A DNA stretch of 64,000 nucleotides from an uncultured Chloroflexia bacterium (GTDB lineage Bacteria > Chloroflexota > Chloroflexia > QHBQ01 > JADMIH01), in the NCBI GenBank assembly GCA_963797095.1, contig CAWCNY010000008.1, forward strand, positions 96,001-160,000, written 5' to 3'. The notes under the pieces are model-generated. The model saw only the letters and a list, made by a program, of their open reading frames with translations. It did no database searches and had not been told where the DNA came from. Below are positions 38,966 to 48,790 of this stretch, piece after piece. A program made the position numbers and the translations under genes. Every line of letters begins with the position of its first letter. Position 1 is the stretch's first letter.

Positions 38966-41193
38966 AGCAAATTACAAATCGCAAAGGACGACTTACCAAA
39001 CACTCGCCACTCGCCACTCGCCACTCGCTACTCGCTCTAATCCTCCTAGCCTGCATCGCATGGCCTGCGGGAATAGCAGGCGCGCAGAGCGCTACGCCCG
39101 ATCCCAACTCCTTTACGCTCAAGGACCGGGGTTACGACGTTACAACCGTGCGGGGGCTTGTGGCATCCACCGAGTTTTACCTGCCCGGCCCTGGCGCTGT
39201 GCAGTTGAGCACCGCCACCTCTGTCCGCCTCCACTTCAGCTATTCAGATGCCTTACAGGGCAACAAATCGAGCTTCAGCGTGCGCCTCAACGACCACGAC
39301 ATGATGGGCGCACCCCTCGTAGCTGGCAAAGGCTCCGATCAGTGGCTCGACGTACCCGTGCCTCCTCAGTTCGTCAGCCCCGACTTCAACAGGTTGGAAG
39401 TGGTCTTCTACATGCGCAGGGACACCGATAACCAGACCTGTAGCGACCCCTACGACCCCCTCCTGTGGGCCACCGTCTTCCCCGATACTAAAATCACCTA
39501 TGTCACGAGCGGACCTATGCAGTTCGATACCACGCTGGACCTGGCCGACTATCCGGCCCCCATTTACAGGACCGCTTTCGGCCCCGACCCTGCCGTGCAA
39601 GTTGTACTACCCTCGACCCCCTCGGATACCGTAGTGTCTGCCGCCTCGTCGCTGGTGGCGTGGCTGGGCCAGGCAAGCGTCGGGCGTACCCTCCACCCGG
39701 TTGTGCACAACGTCAGCACGACGCAAGACCTGCCAACAATAGCCTCGGTAGCCATCGGCACGGGCAAGGACTTCGCCTGGGTAAGCGACCAGCCCTTGAC
39801 TCTTCCCTACAGCAATACTATTGGCCTCTACCTGGACACTCAGGGCAAACCTATTCCGGCTGATACAGGCGTGCTGCAACTTTTCATGCGGCAACAGGGC
39901 GGCAAGCCCGTAGCCCCCCTTCTTCTCGTCACAGGCGGCAGCGATGAGGGAGCAAGACGTGCGGCTCTCAGCCTGGCGTCCAGCTCCTACATTAAATTGC
40001 TCCACGGGCAGTATGCCCTCATCTCCCAGCCTCCCGATATTGATAACCTCTCCGTCGGAGATATCATCCCCGGCTCGCGCACCTTTGGCGAGCTTACCGT
40101 CAGCACAAACGACCCCACCGTGCGCGGGAGCGGGCGGCAGTCGGTCAGCGTGTCGTTCTTCGTGCCCCAGAGCTTTACGTTCGACAGCCAGCCGCAGGTC
40201 ACAGTTCATTTCAGCCACGCCGACGGCCTGGATGACAGGTCCCTCCTGATCGTGGAGGTGAACGGTACGGCGGTGGGCAGCACTCGCCTGGACGAAAAAA
40301 ACGCCACCGGCGGCACCCTCACCCTTGCTATCCCACCTTCGGTGATCCGTCCCGGCGGAAACTCCCTCTCGGCCATCTTCGATATGCGTCCACAAGACGA
40401 CAACCCGTGCGACTCGGCTTTCGATGACGTGGCCTGGGGCACCATCCACCACGACAGCGACCTCAACCTCCCCTTCGGCGAATCCACCTCCCAGCCCGAC
40501 CTGGGCACGCTTGGTGCACCTTTCATCCAGGCGGGCGCTATACGCGACACCACGCTGGTCCTCCCTCAGGCCCCCGACACACAGGTAGTATCCCAGACCC
40601 TCACGCTGGCCGCCAGGCTGGGCGAGCAGACGCGCAGCGATATGACCTACCTGCCGGTCGTATTGGCTAACGAGCCCGCATCCCTACCATCCACTCATCT
40701 CATCGCCCTAGGGGTTCCCGGCGCTCAACCCCTTATATCCGCCTTGCAAGCGTCGCTGCCTCTGCAGTTCAACTCGTCGGGACAACTGGAATGGCGCGGC
40801 AAGAAGGTAAGCGAAGCCGCCGACGCCCCTGTCCTCCTGTCCGTGCAGGACCAACAGCCGGTAGGAATCCTGCAAATGGTGTCATCCCCCTGGCAAAATG
40901 GCCGCACCGTGCTGCTGGTGAGCGGCACCAGCAGGACCTCGGTAGGCTGGGCCGTTGATGCCGTCACCGCTGGCTCCCTGACTGGCAACCTGGCGGTTAT
41001 TGCCGAAGATGGGCACGCCTCTACCCTTACCTTGCAAGAGAGCAAGCCAATCACCGTTGTAACCATCCAGCAGGGGTCGCCCGTGTGGGCCGCTATACTT
41101 GCGGGTGTGGTCGCGATAGTTTTATTAGTAGTAACCGTCATCCTGACTGCTGCGAGGATGCGGGCAACAGCTCCGGAGGCCGCCAGTGAATAA
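38962..41193 (+). CDS. BcsB-like polysaccharide co-polymerase subunit
   Basis: Signal peptide, two repeated CBD/flavodoxin-like halves (FSYS..NRLEV..C.DP..LWATV / FSHA..NSL..C...WGTI), GILQMVSSPW..VLLVSG and a C-terminal TM anchor. Confidence 0.8.
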   Translation: MKQITNRKGRLTKHSPLATRHSLLALILLACIAWPAGIAGAQSATPDPNSFTLKDRGYDVTTVRGLVASTEFYLPGPGAVQLSTATSVRLHFSYSDALQGNKSSFSVRLNDHDMMGAPLVAGKGSDQWLDVPVPPQFVSPDFNRLEVVFYMRRDTDNQTCSDPYDPLLWATVFPDTKITYVTSGPMQFDTTLDLADYPAPIYRTAFGPDPAVQVVLPSTPSDTVVSAASSLVAWLGQASVGRTLHPVVHNVSTTQDLPTIASVAIGTGKDFAWVSDQPLTLPYSNTIGLYLDTQGKPIPADTGVLQLFMRQQGGKPVAPLLLVTGGSDEGARRAALSLASSSYIKLLHGQYALISQPPDIDNLSVGDIIPGSRTFGELTVSTNDPTVRGSGRQSVSVSFFVPQSFTFDSQPQVTVHFSHADGLDDRSLLIVEVNGTAVGSTRLDEKNATGGTLTLAIPPSVIRPGGNSLSAIFDMRPQDDNPCDSAFDDVAWGTIHHDSDLNLPFGESTSQPDLGTLGAPFIQAGAIRDTTLVLPQAPDTQVVSQTLTLAARLGEQTRSDMTYLPVVLANEPASLPSTHLIALGVPGAQPLISALQASLPLQFNSSGQLEWRGKKVSEAADAPVLLSVQDQQPVGILQMVSSPWQNGRTVLLVSGTSRTSVGWAVDAVTAGSLTGNLAVIAEDGHASTLTLQESKPITVVTIQQGSPVWAAILAGVVAIVLLVVTVILTAARMRATAPEAASE
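39001..39035. repeat. heptamer repeat CACTCGC x4 + TACTCGC in the signal-peptide region
   Basis: Direct reading, 39 nt after the ATG. Confidence 0.92.
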
Positions 41194-42034
41194 AATATAC
41201 ACCCCTAGGGTCCTTACGAGCCTGGGCGTAACAGGTTTCGCGGCCATTATCGCTGCGGCCATCTGGAACCGCCCCTCAGATATACAGTTCCTAATGCTTG
41301 CCCTGCTGACCATGACCGCACTGGGCGCGGTCACCCACCCCCACTGGCTGGTCAGCGCCTGCGCTGCCGGCTGTGCGATCACCCTGTACGTCACGGTGTG
41401 GGTTGTGAGCGGCGGCGCGACCTTCAGCATGCAAGAGGGCTTACTCGGTATATGCCTCCTGGTGGTCACCGCCCTGGGAGCCTGGAGTTTGTCTCGCGGG
41501 CTGCGTGGCACCGAGCAGAGATTGGTCCATCAAGCTCAATTGATTGAAGACCTCACCATATACGACCAGCAGACCGGCGCTGTGCGAGCCGGGCACACCC
41601 AGCAGATTCTCAACTACGAGATAATGCGTGCTCGCCGGTATAGTGAGCCCCTTACGGTGTCTGTCATACAGATGGTGGACGAGCAGAGTCGCAAGCCGGT
41701 AAGCAACATGGGAGTCGACAAGGAGAGGCGCAAGAAGGTAACCGAGCTATTCCTCAATAAGCTGCGCGCTGTGGACCGTGTCGGCTATGGCCCGTCGCTC
41801 GAATGGGTGCTGATCTTGCCCAACACGCCGCGCACGGGTGCGGAAACCCTGGCCGTCAGACTGATACATATGGTCGCCGAGCAGATCGGGGTAACCATCC
41901 TGGTAGGTTTAGCCAGTTTCCCCGAAGACGGAAGCGATACCGAAAGCCTCATGAATGAGGCACGCGCCGCCCTCGAATTTGGCCGCATGAACGCCGTATC
42001 GATGGTCAGCCAGTCTCTCTTCGACACCCTCTAA
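41186..42034 (+). CDS. membrane-anchored degenerate GGDEF protein (PelD-like c-di-GMP receptor candidate)
   Basis: Four TM helices, DQQTG, I-site RAVD intact, active site PSLEW in place of GGDEF, GLASFPEDG. Confidence 0.8.
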   Translation: MNKIYTPRVLTSLGVTGFAAIIAAAIWNRPSDIQFLMLALLTMTALGAVTHPHWLVSACAAGCAITLYVTVWVVSGGATFSMQEGLLGICLLVVTALGAWSLSRGLRGTEQRLVHQAQLIEDLTIYDQQTGAVRAGHTQQILNYEIMRARRYSEPLTVSVIQMVDEQSRKPVSNMGVDKERRKKVTELFLNKLRAVDRVGYGPSLEWVLILPNTPRTGAETLAVRLIHMVAEQIGVTILVGLASFPEDGSDTESLMNEARAALEFGRMNAVSMVSQSLFDTL

Positions 42035-42130
42035 AAGGCCATCCCGCCCGACAACCTGCAACCTGGCTCTAAACATGAAACATCCCGAATTTTAGCGCCA
42101 GCTTCGCGGGCGCGCAATCTGGTTCTAAAA

Positions 42131-42260
42131 ACTGTACTAAAGTATACCCCAGAACCTGTCCGGTTTTGCCCCACCAATGCCTTTATGTTAACGAGGGCAA
42201 GAATAATCATCTTCCAACCGACCTCCCAAAAAACCGATCACCGACTGTACCAAAGTACAC
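42131..42260. promoter_or_regulatory. two 17-bp direct repeats ACTGTAC(T/C)AAAGTA(T/C)AC
   Basis: Copies at 42131-42147 and 42244-42260 upstream of the sensor kinase. Confidence 0.45.
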
Positions 42261-42411
42261 AAGTACAGTAAGAGCCTGCGACTCCAGCCCTCCCACCAAA
42301 GAAGGTCCGCAAAAGTGCCTCGCTAAAGGTTAGTGTGGTACAATTCCTCAGATCAACTTCAAGGATTGATTATTACTCAAATCACCCAATTACAAAATAG
42401 TAGGCTCAAAG

Positions 42412-43407
42412 GTGATGAATAAACCAAGCGTTCAGGTGCGAAACACGGCAAGCAACAAGCAAACCACAACCAGCTCCGCACACCTGGCATTCACCCGCCA
42501 GCGAATTACCAGGCTGAAATGGATCACCACGCTGGCACCCACCGCAGCCGTGTTCCTCTCCGAAACCATCCGCCACGATCTGTTCGAGCACCTTTTACCG
42601 CTACCTGTCGCCTATGGCAACCTCCTTACAGGCTTGTTGGTCCTGGTACTCGCCTATGGCTTCTCGGAGGTGATCTTTGGCATCGTGTTGCGCCTGCAAG
42701 ACCAGGCACTGGCGCGAAGTCGAGAGGTAGCCGCTCTCGAAGCGGCGGTGCAGGAGCGCGAGCGTCTGAGCCGTGAGCTTCATGATGGCGTGGCCCAACT
42801 CGTCTCCTACCTGATGATACGGCTCGATACGGTCGAATCGCTCGTCGAAAGCGAGCAGCGAGAGCAAGCCCTGGCCGAGTTAGAGCAGTTGCATGGCGTG
42901 GCCGATGATATCTACGTCGACATTCGCGAGTCGATTGCAGGGCTGCGCACCAATCTCAACGGTAAGCTGCTGGTGCCCGCCCTGCGAGATTATCTTGACG
43001 CGTTCGAGGAGCGGCACAATTTGCCCATAAAGCTAGAAACGAAAGGACAGCCTTTTCGCTTGCCAACTCAGGTGGCGGCCCAGATTTTCAGAATAGTGCA
43101 GGGAGCGCTGGCCAACGTGCGTAAGCACTCGGCGGCGCAACATGCCTGGGTCTTACTGAGCTATAGCCCAAGCAAACTGGAAATGACAATTGGTGACGAT
43201 GGCGTTGGCTTCGACGTTGCTAACCTGTCTGGCACAGACACAGTAGGGCTTGACGCCATGCGCGAGCGCGCCGCCACGTTGGGCGGCACCTGCCGGGTGG
43301 AGAGCCTGCCAGGCCGGGGCACTCGCGTAATCGTCAATGTGCCCTTATCAAAGAGAGAGAAGGTAGGCAATGCAACCGCCCCACCCCTTGAAGTTGCTGC
43401 TCGTTGA
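42412..43407 (+). CDS. HisKA_3 sensor histidine kinase, two TM
   Basis: ERERLSRELHDGVAQ, ALANVRKHS, DDGVGFD, GLDAMRERA. Confidence 0.93.
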   Translation: MMNKPSVQVRNTASNKQTTTSSAHLAFTRQRITRLKWITTLAPTAAVFLSETIRHDLFEHLLPLPVAYGNLLTGLLVLVLAYGFSEVIFGIVLRLQDQALARSREVAALEAAVQERERLSRELHDGVAQLVSYLMIRLDTVESLVESEQREQALAELEQLHGVADDIYVDIRESIAGLRTNLNGKLLVPALRDYLDAFEERHNLPIKLETKGQPFRLPTQVAAQIFRIVQGALANVRKHSAAQHAWVLLSYSPSKLEMTIGDDGVGFDVANLSGTDTVGLDAMRERAATLGGTCRVESLPGRGTRVIVNVPLSKREKVGNATAPPLEVAAR

Positions 43408-44056
43408 TGATCACGACCTCTTTAGAGAGGGGCTGGTAGCGCTCTTTTCGTACCAGCACGATTTCGTGGTGGTCGGTGAGGCGGGGGACGCCGAAAGCGC
43501 TATCGCCCAGGCTCGCAAGCTCCGGCCCGACCTCGTGCTGATGGATATCGACCTGTCCGGTGGCGATGGTGTGCTCGCCACCCAGCAAATCAAGAGTGAG
43601 ATGCCTGGTGTTGCCGTCGTGATGCTCACAGTCTACGACGATACCGAGAAACTGCTGGAAGCCATCAAAGCCGGTGCTGAGGGCTATCTGGTCAAGAACA
43701 TTCGCGCCTCTGAGTTAATTGTGCAATTGCGCGGCCTGGCTCATGGCGAGGCTGCCATAACAAGGCGTATGGCGACGCGCGTCCTCAACGAGTTCCGCAA
43801 GCAAGATAATGATGGCGAGTCCGAGCAACCCACCGGAACCGACCCGCAGCTAACGCCCAGGGAGCTTGAGGTGCTCGAACTGGTGGCTGCTCGCAACTCC
43901 AATCGAGAGATCGCCGATACCCTCACGATCAGCGAGTATACGGTCAAGAACCACATCAAGAGTATTCTCACCAAGCTGCAATTGCGTAGCAGACACCAGG
44001 CAGCCATGTATGGAGTAGCTCGCGGCTGGATACACCCTACGGATAGCACTCAGTAG
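43370..44056 (+). CDS. NarL-family response regulator
   Basis: LLVDDH, VLMDI, GYLVK, LTPRELEVL HTH. Confidence 0.95.
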   Translation: MQPPHPLKLLLVDDHDLFREGLVALFSYQHDFVVVGEAGDAESAIAQARKLRPDLVLMDIDLSGGDGVLATQQIKSEMPGVAVVMLTVYDDTEKLLEAIKAGAEGYLVKNIRASELIVQLRGLAHGEAAITRRMATRVLNEFRKQDNDGESEQPTGTDPQLTPRELEVLELVAARNSNREIADTLTISEYTVKNHIKSILTKLQLRSRHQAAMYGVARGWIHPTDSTQ

Positions 44057-44128
44057 CCCTTTCCCAATCCAAGGGCTGGCCCTTTAAGTCCAATGGCGAT
44101 CGCCAGAATAGCCCTTTTATAGCCCTCC
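44054..44128. promoter_or_regulatory. repeated (T)AGCCCT(T) boxes, candidate response-regulator sites
   Basis: Copies at 44054, 44071 (inverted), 44078, 44109 and 44120. Confidence 0.45.
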
Positions 44129-44210
44129 ATTCACGCCGGTAGGCATTGCGGCTCACATGCCCACGCCCTATCCTAAGAACCATGACTATCCGGGCAGGGT
44201 AGAGGAGGTA

Positions 44211-44858
44211 GTGAAAGGTATGTTCACATCACATGGCAGCCTTGCTGCTCACAAGGAGAAAGCTGACGATGCCTCATATGGGGGCCGGACGCGGGCCGCG
44301 CGCACGCTCTGGCCGGTGTTACTGCTACTCATCCTATCGCTGGTACTGTCGGCGTGCGGCGGGACGGGCACAGACAGCGGAAATTCCGGCAATACGAAAA
44401 TAGACCTCACCGTATCGCCCAACCCCCCTGTCGTTGGCCCCGCCCAATTGACCATCACCCTCAAAGACGGTTCCGGCAACGCGATCAACGATGCCACTGT
44501 GACGGTCGAGGGCGACATGACCCACGCGGGCATGGTGCCGGTGCAAGCCGATGCCACCAGCATGGGTAATGGCACCTACATGGTCAACAATTTCAATTTC
44601 AATATGGGCGGCGATTGGGTGCTCACCGTATCGGCTACCTTGCCCGGCGGCGACAAAGCCCAGGGCACTTTCAACTACAATGGGGTTGCCGGTGGGATGG
44701 AGATGACAGGCACGATGACCCCTGGCATGGAGATGACAGGCACGATGACCCCTGGCATGGAGATGACAGGCACGATGACACCAGGCCTGAGTGATAACAT
44801 GGAAATGCAGGGAATGCCAACGCCAACTGACACGCCCTGTCCTTGTAGCAGTCCTTGA
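44211..44858 (+). CDS. YtkA/FixH-like lipoprotein with Met-rich tail (putative copper chaperone)
   Basis: LSAC lipobox, GDMTHAGM, FNMGGDW, (GMEMTGTMTP)x3 and terminal CPC. AGGAGG before GTG at 44211. Confidence 0.75.
   Translation: MKGMFTSHGSLAAHKEKADDASYGGRTRAARTLWPVLLLLILSLVLSACGGTGTDSGNSGNTKIDLTVSPNPPVVGPAQLTITLKDGSGNAINDATVTVEGDMTHAGMVPVQADATSMGNGTYMVNNFNFNMGGDWVLTVSATLPGGDKAQGTFNYNGVAGGMEMTGTMTPGMEMTGTMTPGMEMTGTMTPGLSDNMEMQGMPTPTDTPCPCSSP
44694..44786. repeat. 30-bp in-frame tandem repeat x3
   Basis: GGCATGGAGATGACAGGCACGATGACCCCT units. Confidence 0.9.
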
Positions 44859-44896
44859 GAGCGAAAGCAAGCTGAAAAACGGGTCGAGGTTAGTAA

Positions 44897-46531
44897 ATGG
44901 GTGGAGCAGTAACAACGTCAGTAACACGATCTTCGAAAGCGGCACCCAGAGGTTTCGACTTGCTGCGCGTACCTCTTGTGGGGCGCTTCCTCAAGTGGCG
45001 GTACGCCCGCGCGGCTATGCAAATACCCATGCTGTTGGCCTCGGCGCTGATCCTTTACGATGGCTTCTGGGGACCACAGCTTGCGCCGAAGAACCTGGCA
45101 GGCGTGGCCCCCTGGGTGCACTGGCGCGGCTTCGTGGTGCTGGCGATCCTGGTGGCAGGCAATCTCTTTTGCATGGCCTGTCCTTTCATGCTGCCTCGCA
45201 AGCTCGCCAAGAAACTGCTGCCTGCGAATCGCCCCTGGCCCAGTTGGCTGCGCTCAAAGTGGCTCGCCGCCGGTTTGCTCGTGGCCTTCTTCTGGAGCTA
45301 CGAAGGCTTCAACCTGTGGGCAAGCCCCTGGCTCACCGCCTGGGTAGCGCTGGCCTATTTCGCGGTCGCCTTTGTCGTGGATGGCTTCTTCAAAGGCGCT
45401 GCCTTCTGCAAGTACGTGTGCCCTATCGGTCAATTCCACTTTGTTAACTCCCTTTCCTCGCCCCTGGAAATAAAGGTCCGGCAACCCACCGTATGCGCGT
45501 CGTGTACCACTAAAGACTGCATAAAGGGGCACTACGAGAATGCCGACCTGACCCGTGTAGCAGCGCCGCTGGCGGCCCCTGCTGCGCCCGAGCCCACTCC
45601 TTCCTCGGCGTCCGCACCGCTTACCTTGATGGCGGCCCCAAAGACTCGCCCGGAAGCCTCTGCTGCCCCGGCAACTCGCGCACAGCAGAGAGGACGGCTG
45701 GTCCAGAATGGCTGCGAGCTGTGGCTCTTCCAGGAGCGCAAGGTCGGCAATATGGACTGCACATTCTGCCTCGATTGCGTTCATGCTTGCCCGCACGACA
45801 ACGTGGGCATCCTGGCCCGTGTGCCAACCAGCGAGATATGGGACGATTCGCGCCGTTCAGGCGTTGGGCGCTTCAGCGACCGGCCCGACCTGGCCGCCCT
45901 GGCGCTGGTGCTTGTGTTTGCTTCTTTCTTCAACGCCTTCGGTATGGTCACACCCGTTTATCCCATCGAGCAGTGGCTGGCTACAACACTTGGCACCGAC
46001 TCCAAGGCTGTAGTGCTGTTGGTCATGGTCGCACCAGCACTGATCCTCCTGCCTCTCTTGCTGGTGGGCGTGACCGGGTGGGCCAGTCTCATTCTTACAG
46101 GCGCGCGCGATAGCATTGTCAAGGTAGCTACCCGCTACAGCTTCGCGCTGGTGCCTCTTGGCTTCGGGATGTGGCTGGCGCACTACAGCTTTCACTTTCT
46201 TATCGGGGCGTTGACAATCATACCGGTGATGCAGAACTTCGCGGCCATGCTGGGTATAACTCTGCTCGGCTCGCCCAACTGGAGCCTCGGCCCCCTTGTG
46301 CCGACCAGCATGTTGGTCCCGATAGAGTTGATGTTCCTGGATGCAGGGCTTGCGGCTTCTTTGTATTCAATCTACCGGATATCGCGTCGCGAGCACTCCG
46401 GCTCCGATTCGGGGAATCTGTGGCGAGCGGCCTTCCCCTGGATGGTGCTGGCTGTCGTCCTCTTTGTACTGGGGGCATGGCTTATGCTACAACCTATGGA
46501 GATGCGCGGCACGCTCTTCAGCGGAGCCTGA
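44897..46531 (+). CDS. membrane 4Fe-4S protein (FesM/NosR-RdxA-like polyferredoxin)
   Basis: FCMACP, FCKYVCP, CASCTTKDC, CTFCLDCVHACP and many TM helices. Confidence 0.85.
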   Translation: MGGAVTTSVTRSSKAAPRGFDLLRVPLVGRFLKWRYARAAMQIPMLLASALILYDGFWGPQLAPKNLAGVAPWVHWRGFVVLAILVAGNLFCMACPFMLPRKLAKKLLPANRPWPSWLRSKWLAAGLLVAFFWSYEGFNLWASPWLTAWVALAYFAVAFVVDGFFKGAAFCKYVCPIGQFHFVNSLSSPLEIKVRQPTVCASCTTKDCIKGHYENADLTRVAAPLAAPAAPEPTPSSASAPLTLMAAPKTRPEASAAPATRAQQRGRLVQNGCELWLFQERKVGNMDCTFCLDCVHACPHDNVGILARVPTSEIWDDSRRSGVGRFSDRPDLAALALVLVFASFFNAFGMVTPVYPIEQWLATTLGTDSKAVVLLVMVAPALILLPLLLVGVTGWASLILTGARDSIVKVATRYSFALVPLGFGMWLAHYSFHFLIGALTIIPVMQNFAAMLGITLLGSPNWSLGPLVPTSMLVPIELMFLDAGLAASLYSIYRISRREHSGSDSGNLWRAAFPWMVLAVVLFVLGAWLMLQPMEMRGTLFSGA

Positions 46532-46594
46532 TCCAATCGCGGAAAAATAGTGCCGCTTTCATTGGCGCGACGGTGAAGGTGGTGATAATGTCAA

Positions 46595-47278
46595 ATGATC
46601 GATCAAACACATACCGGCATAGTGGGCAAGCTCATGCCACTGCTGGTTGGCGCAGTCCTCTTGGTACTGGCTACGGTGGCGCTGGCAGTTGGCGGCTTAC
46701 CGTTTCAGAGTAGCTCCCCTCCGCAGTTAGCGGGCACCACCCTCGCTGCTCAGCCCGCACCCGATTTTGAGCTATCAGACCAATCCAACACACAGGTGCG
46801 GCTGTCCGACTTGCGTGGCAAGATAGTTTCGCTGTCGTTCCTCTACACTAGTTGCCCCGATGTTTGTCCTCTGACGGCGTCCAAGTTACTTGCCGCCTAC
46901 GCACGGCTGCCCCAATCCGAGCAAAGCCGCATTGAAATCCTGGCAGTGACGGTCGATCCAGAACACGACAATCAACAGCGGAGGGCGAATTTCGTCCATG
47001 CGCAAGGGTTGGATGGTGTGCTACACTTCCTTGGGGGTGATCAATCTGACGTGAGCAAGGTTTGGGATTCATACCACATCGGCGTGTCGCTGCCTACACC
47101 CGGCACAGAGAGTGCGGGTATCTCAACCATCAACCACAACGCCGTGACTTACCTGGTTGATGCCGACGGTAATGAGCGCGTGCTGATGGACGATCGCGAC
47201 TTTACGCCTGACGAGCTTGCCGGTAATTTCACGGCTTTGTTGCCTCCCCTTGCCTCTGTGAGCATGAGTACACCGTGA
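46595..47278 (+). CDS. SCO1/SenC family copper chaperone
   Basis: FLYTSCPDVCP, TVDPEHD, conserved His in INHN. Confidence 0.92.
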   Translation: MIDQTHTGIVGKLMPLLVGAVLLVLATVALAVGGLPFQSSSPPQLAGTTLAAQPAPDFELSDQSNTQVRLSDLRGKIVSLSFLYTSCPDVCPLTASKLLAAYARLPQSEQSRIEILAVTVDPEHDNQQRRANFVHAQGLDGVLHFLGGDQSDVSKVWDSYHIGVSLPTPGTESAGISTINHNAVTYLVDADGNERVLMDDRDFTPDELAGNFTALLPPLASVSMSTP

Positions 47279-48135
47279 CCATCAACCTGACGTTTGACCC
47301 GATAGTCGCACGAATTGGGCAGGTAGATATAAGCTGGCAAGGTATCTTCACCGCGTTGGCGCTTGCGCTGGGCGTGTGGCTCGCCGTGCGTAACGCCAGT
47401 CGGCTGAGCATAACCATCGCGACGTGCGGGCACCTGATCCTCCTGACCTTATTAGGCGGTGTGATAAGCGGGCGATTAGTACACCTGGCAACTCATTGGC
47501 TCTACTATTCAGCCAATCCGGGCGAGGCGGCCACCCTCTGGGATGGTGGAGCGTCTCTGTACGGGGCGTTGCTGGGAGGTAGCCTCGTACTCTGGTTGGC
47601 GGCACGACGACAAAGGCTAGCCCCCTGGGCCCTGCTCGATGCTGCCGCGCCCGCTGCTCTCGCGGGAGTGGCTTTGGGCAGGATAGGTTGCTTGCTGGTT
47701 GGGGCTGCCTGGGGTGTTCCGACAGATGCTCCCTGGGGCGTCATTTACTGGAATCCCGGCGATGTGCTGCCGCCGAACCTGTTGAGTTTGCCTTTGCACC
47801 CTTACCCGTTGTACGAATTTGCGGCTGTGCTGGCGGTACTGGGGGGCCTGTGGCTCCTGCGACGCAGATTGACGTTCACCGGCAGCACGTTCCTGGTGGC
47901 GGCCACAGGTTACGCGATCATCAGGCTTGGGCTGGCAGGCTTTCGTCCGGAGCCGGAAGCCGTACAGTTGCTGGCACTGACGAGCGGTTTGATCTGCTGC
48001 TGCTTGTTGCTCCTGATAGCGCCTGGCAGGCGGTGGGTACATATTGCACTCAGCGATAGAAAGATTGTATCCATTGACAGCTTACCCTTTGAAAACAACC
48101 ACACCAACACTACGAGAGACAGACATGCGACATAG
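47275..48135 (+). CDS. lgt: prolipoprotein diacylglyceryl transferase-like protein
   Basis: WDGGASLYGALLGG, GRIGC, PWGVIY, HPYPLYE. Confidence 0.75.
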   Translation: MTINLTFDPIVARIGQVDISWQGIFTALALALGVWLAVRNASRLSITIATCGHLILLTLLGGVISGRLVHLATHWLYYSANPGEAATLWDGGASLYGALLGGSLVLWLAARRQRLAPWALLDAAAPAALAGVALGRIGCLLVGAAWGVPTDAPWGVIYWNPGDVLPPNLLSLPLHPYPLYEFAAVLAVLGGLWLLRRRLTFTGSTFLVAATGYAIIRLGLAGFRPEPEAVQLLALTSGLICCCLLLLIAPGRRWVHIALSDRKIVSIDSLPFENNHTNTTRDRHAT

Positions 48136-48790
48136 TACGGAATATGATGGCAAGAGAGGGCAACGGCTCGCGCCCCACAATCCGAGAATACGAAAACCCA
48201 TAACATGTGTGATATCGCAATTGCTGGCGCTTAGCTTCGTGCTTCAACTCCTTGTGCAGGCACAACCCGCTTCGGCGAACGGCGGCACGATTCAGGTGTC
48301 GAGCGAGCCGGTAGGGCCATATGAAGTTACAGTGCTCACAAGTCCCAGCCCTCTGGTAGCAGGCACAGCGGATATAACAGTTGCCGTGATCGACCCGCGT
48401 ATCGTCTCCCCCTCGCAAGATCCGACGGCCCTGGATGCGCAGGTGGAGGTGACTGCCCAACCCGCAGACAATAGCTCCCCCCCGGCCTCATTTCCGGCGA
48501 CACATGATCAGGCGACAAACAAACTGCTGTACCAGGCGAACGTTGCCTTGCCGTCGAGCGGCCAATGGCAGTTTACTGTGCGGGTTAGCGGCCCTGACGG
48601 CGGCGGCAGCGTGCAGTTTGCAGCTGATGTAAGCCCCTCCCTTTTCGCGATGGACCCCACCCAGTTCATCTGCACGGCGATCCCCGTTCTTATTATTGTC
48701 ACTGTCGGGATAGTGGCACTGGTCAGGAGCAGACGCAAGCAATCGACACCGGGTTCAGGCTCTGAACCGCTCCCGGAGCCTGAGTCATGA
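48125..48790 (+). CDS. exported YtkA/FixH-like protein with C-terminal TM
   Basis: Signal ..ASA-NGG, GPYEVTV..PSPL..G, ATHDQATNKLLYQA..GQW. Confidence 0.6.
   Translation: MRHSTEYDGKRGQRLAPHNPRIRKPITCVISQLLALSFVLQLLVQAQPASANGGTIQVSSEPVGPYEVTVLTSPSPLVAGTADITVAVIDPRIVSPSQDPTALDAQVEVTAQPADNSSPPASFPATHDQATNKLLYQANVALPSSGQWQFTVRVSGPDGGGSVQFAADVSPSLFAMDPTQFICTAIPVLIIVTVGIVALVRSRRKQSTPGSGSEPLPEPES

Noticed and set aside
41186-42034. Active diguanylate cyclase
   Set aside because: GGDEF is replaced by PSLEW and only the RxxD site remains.
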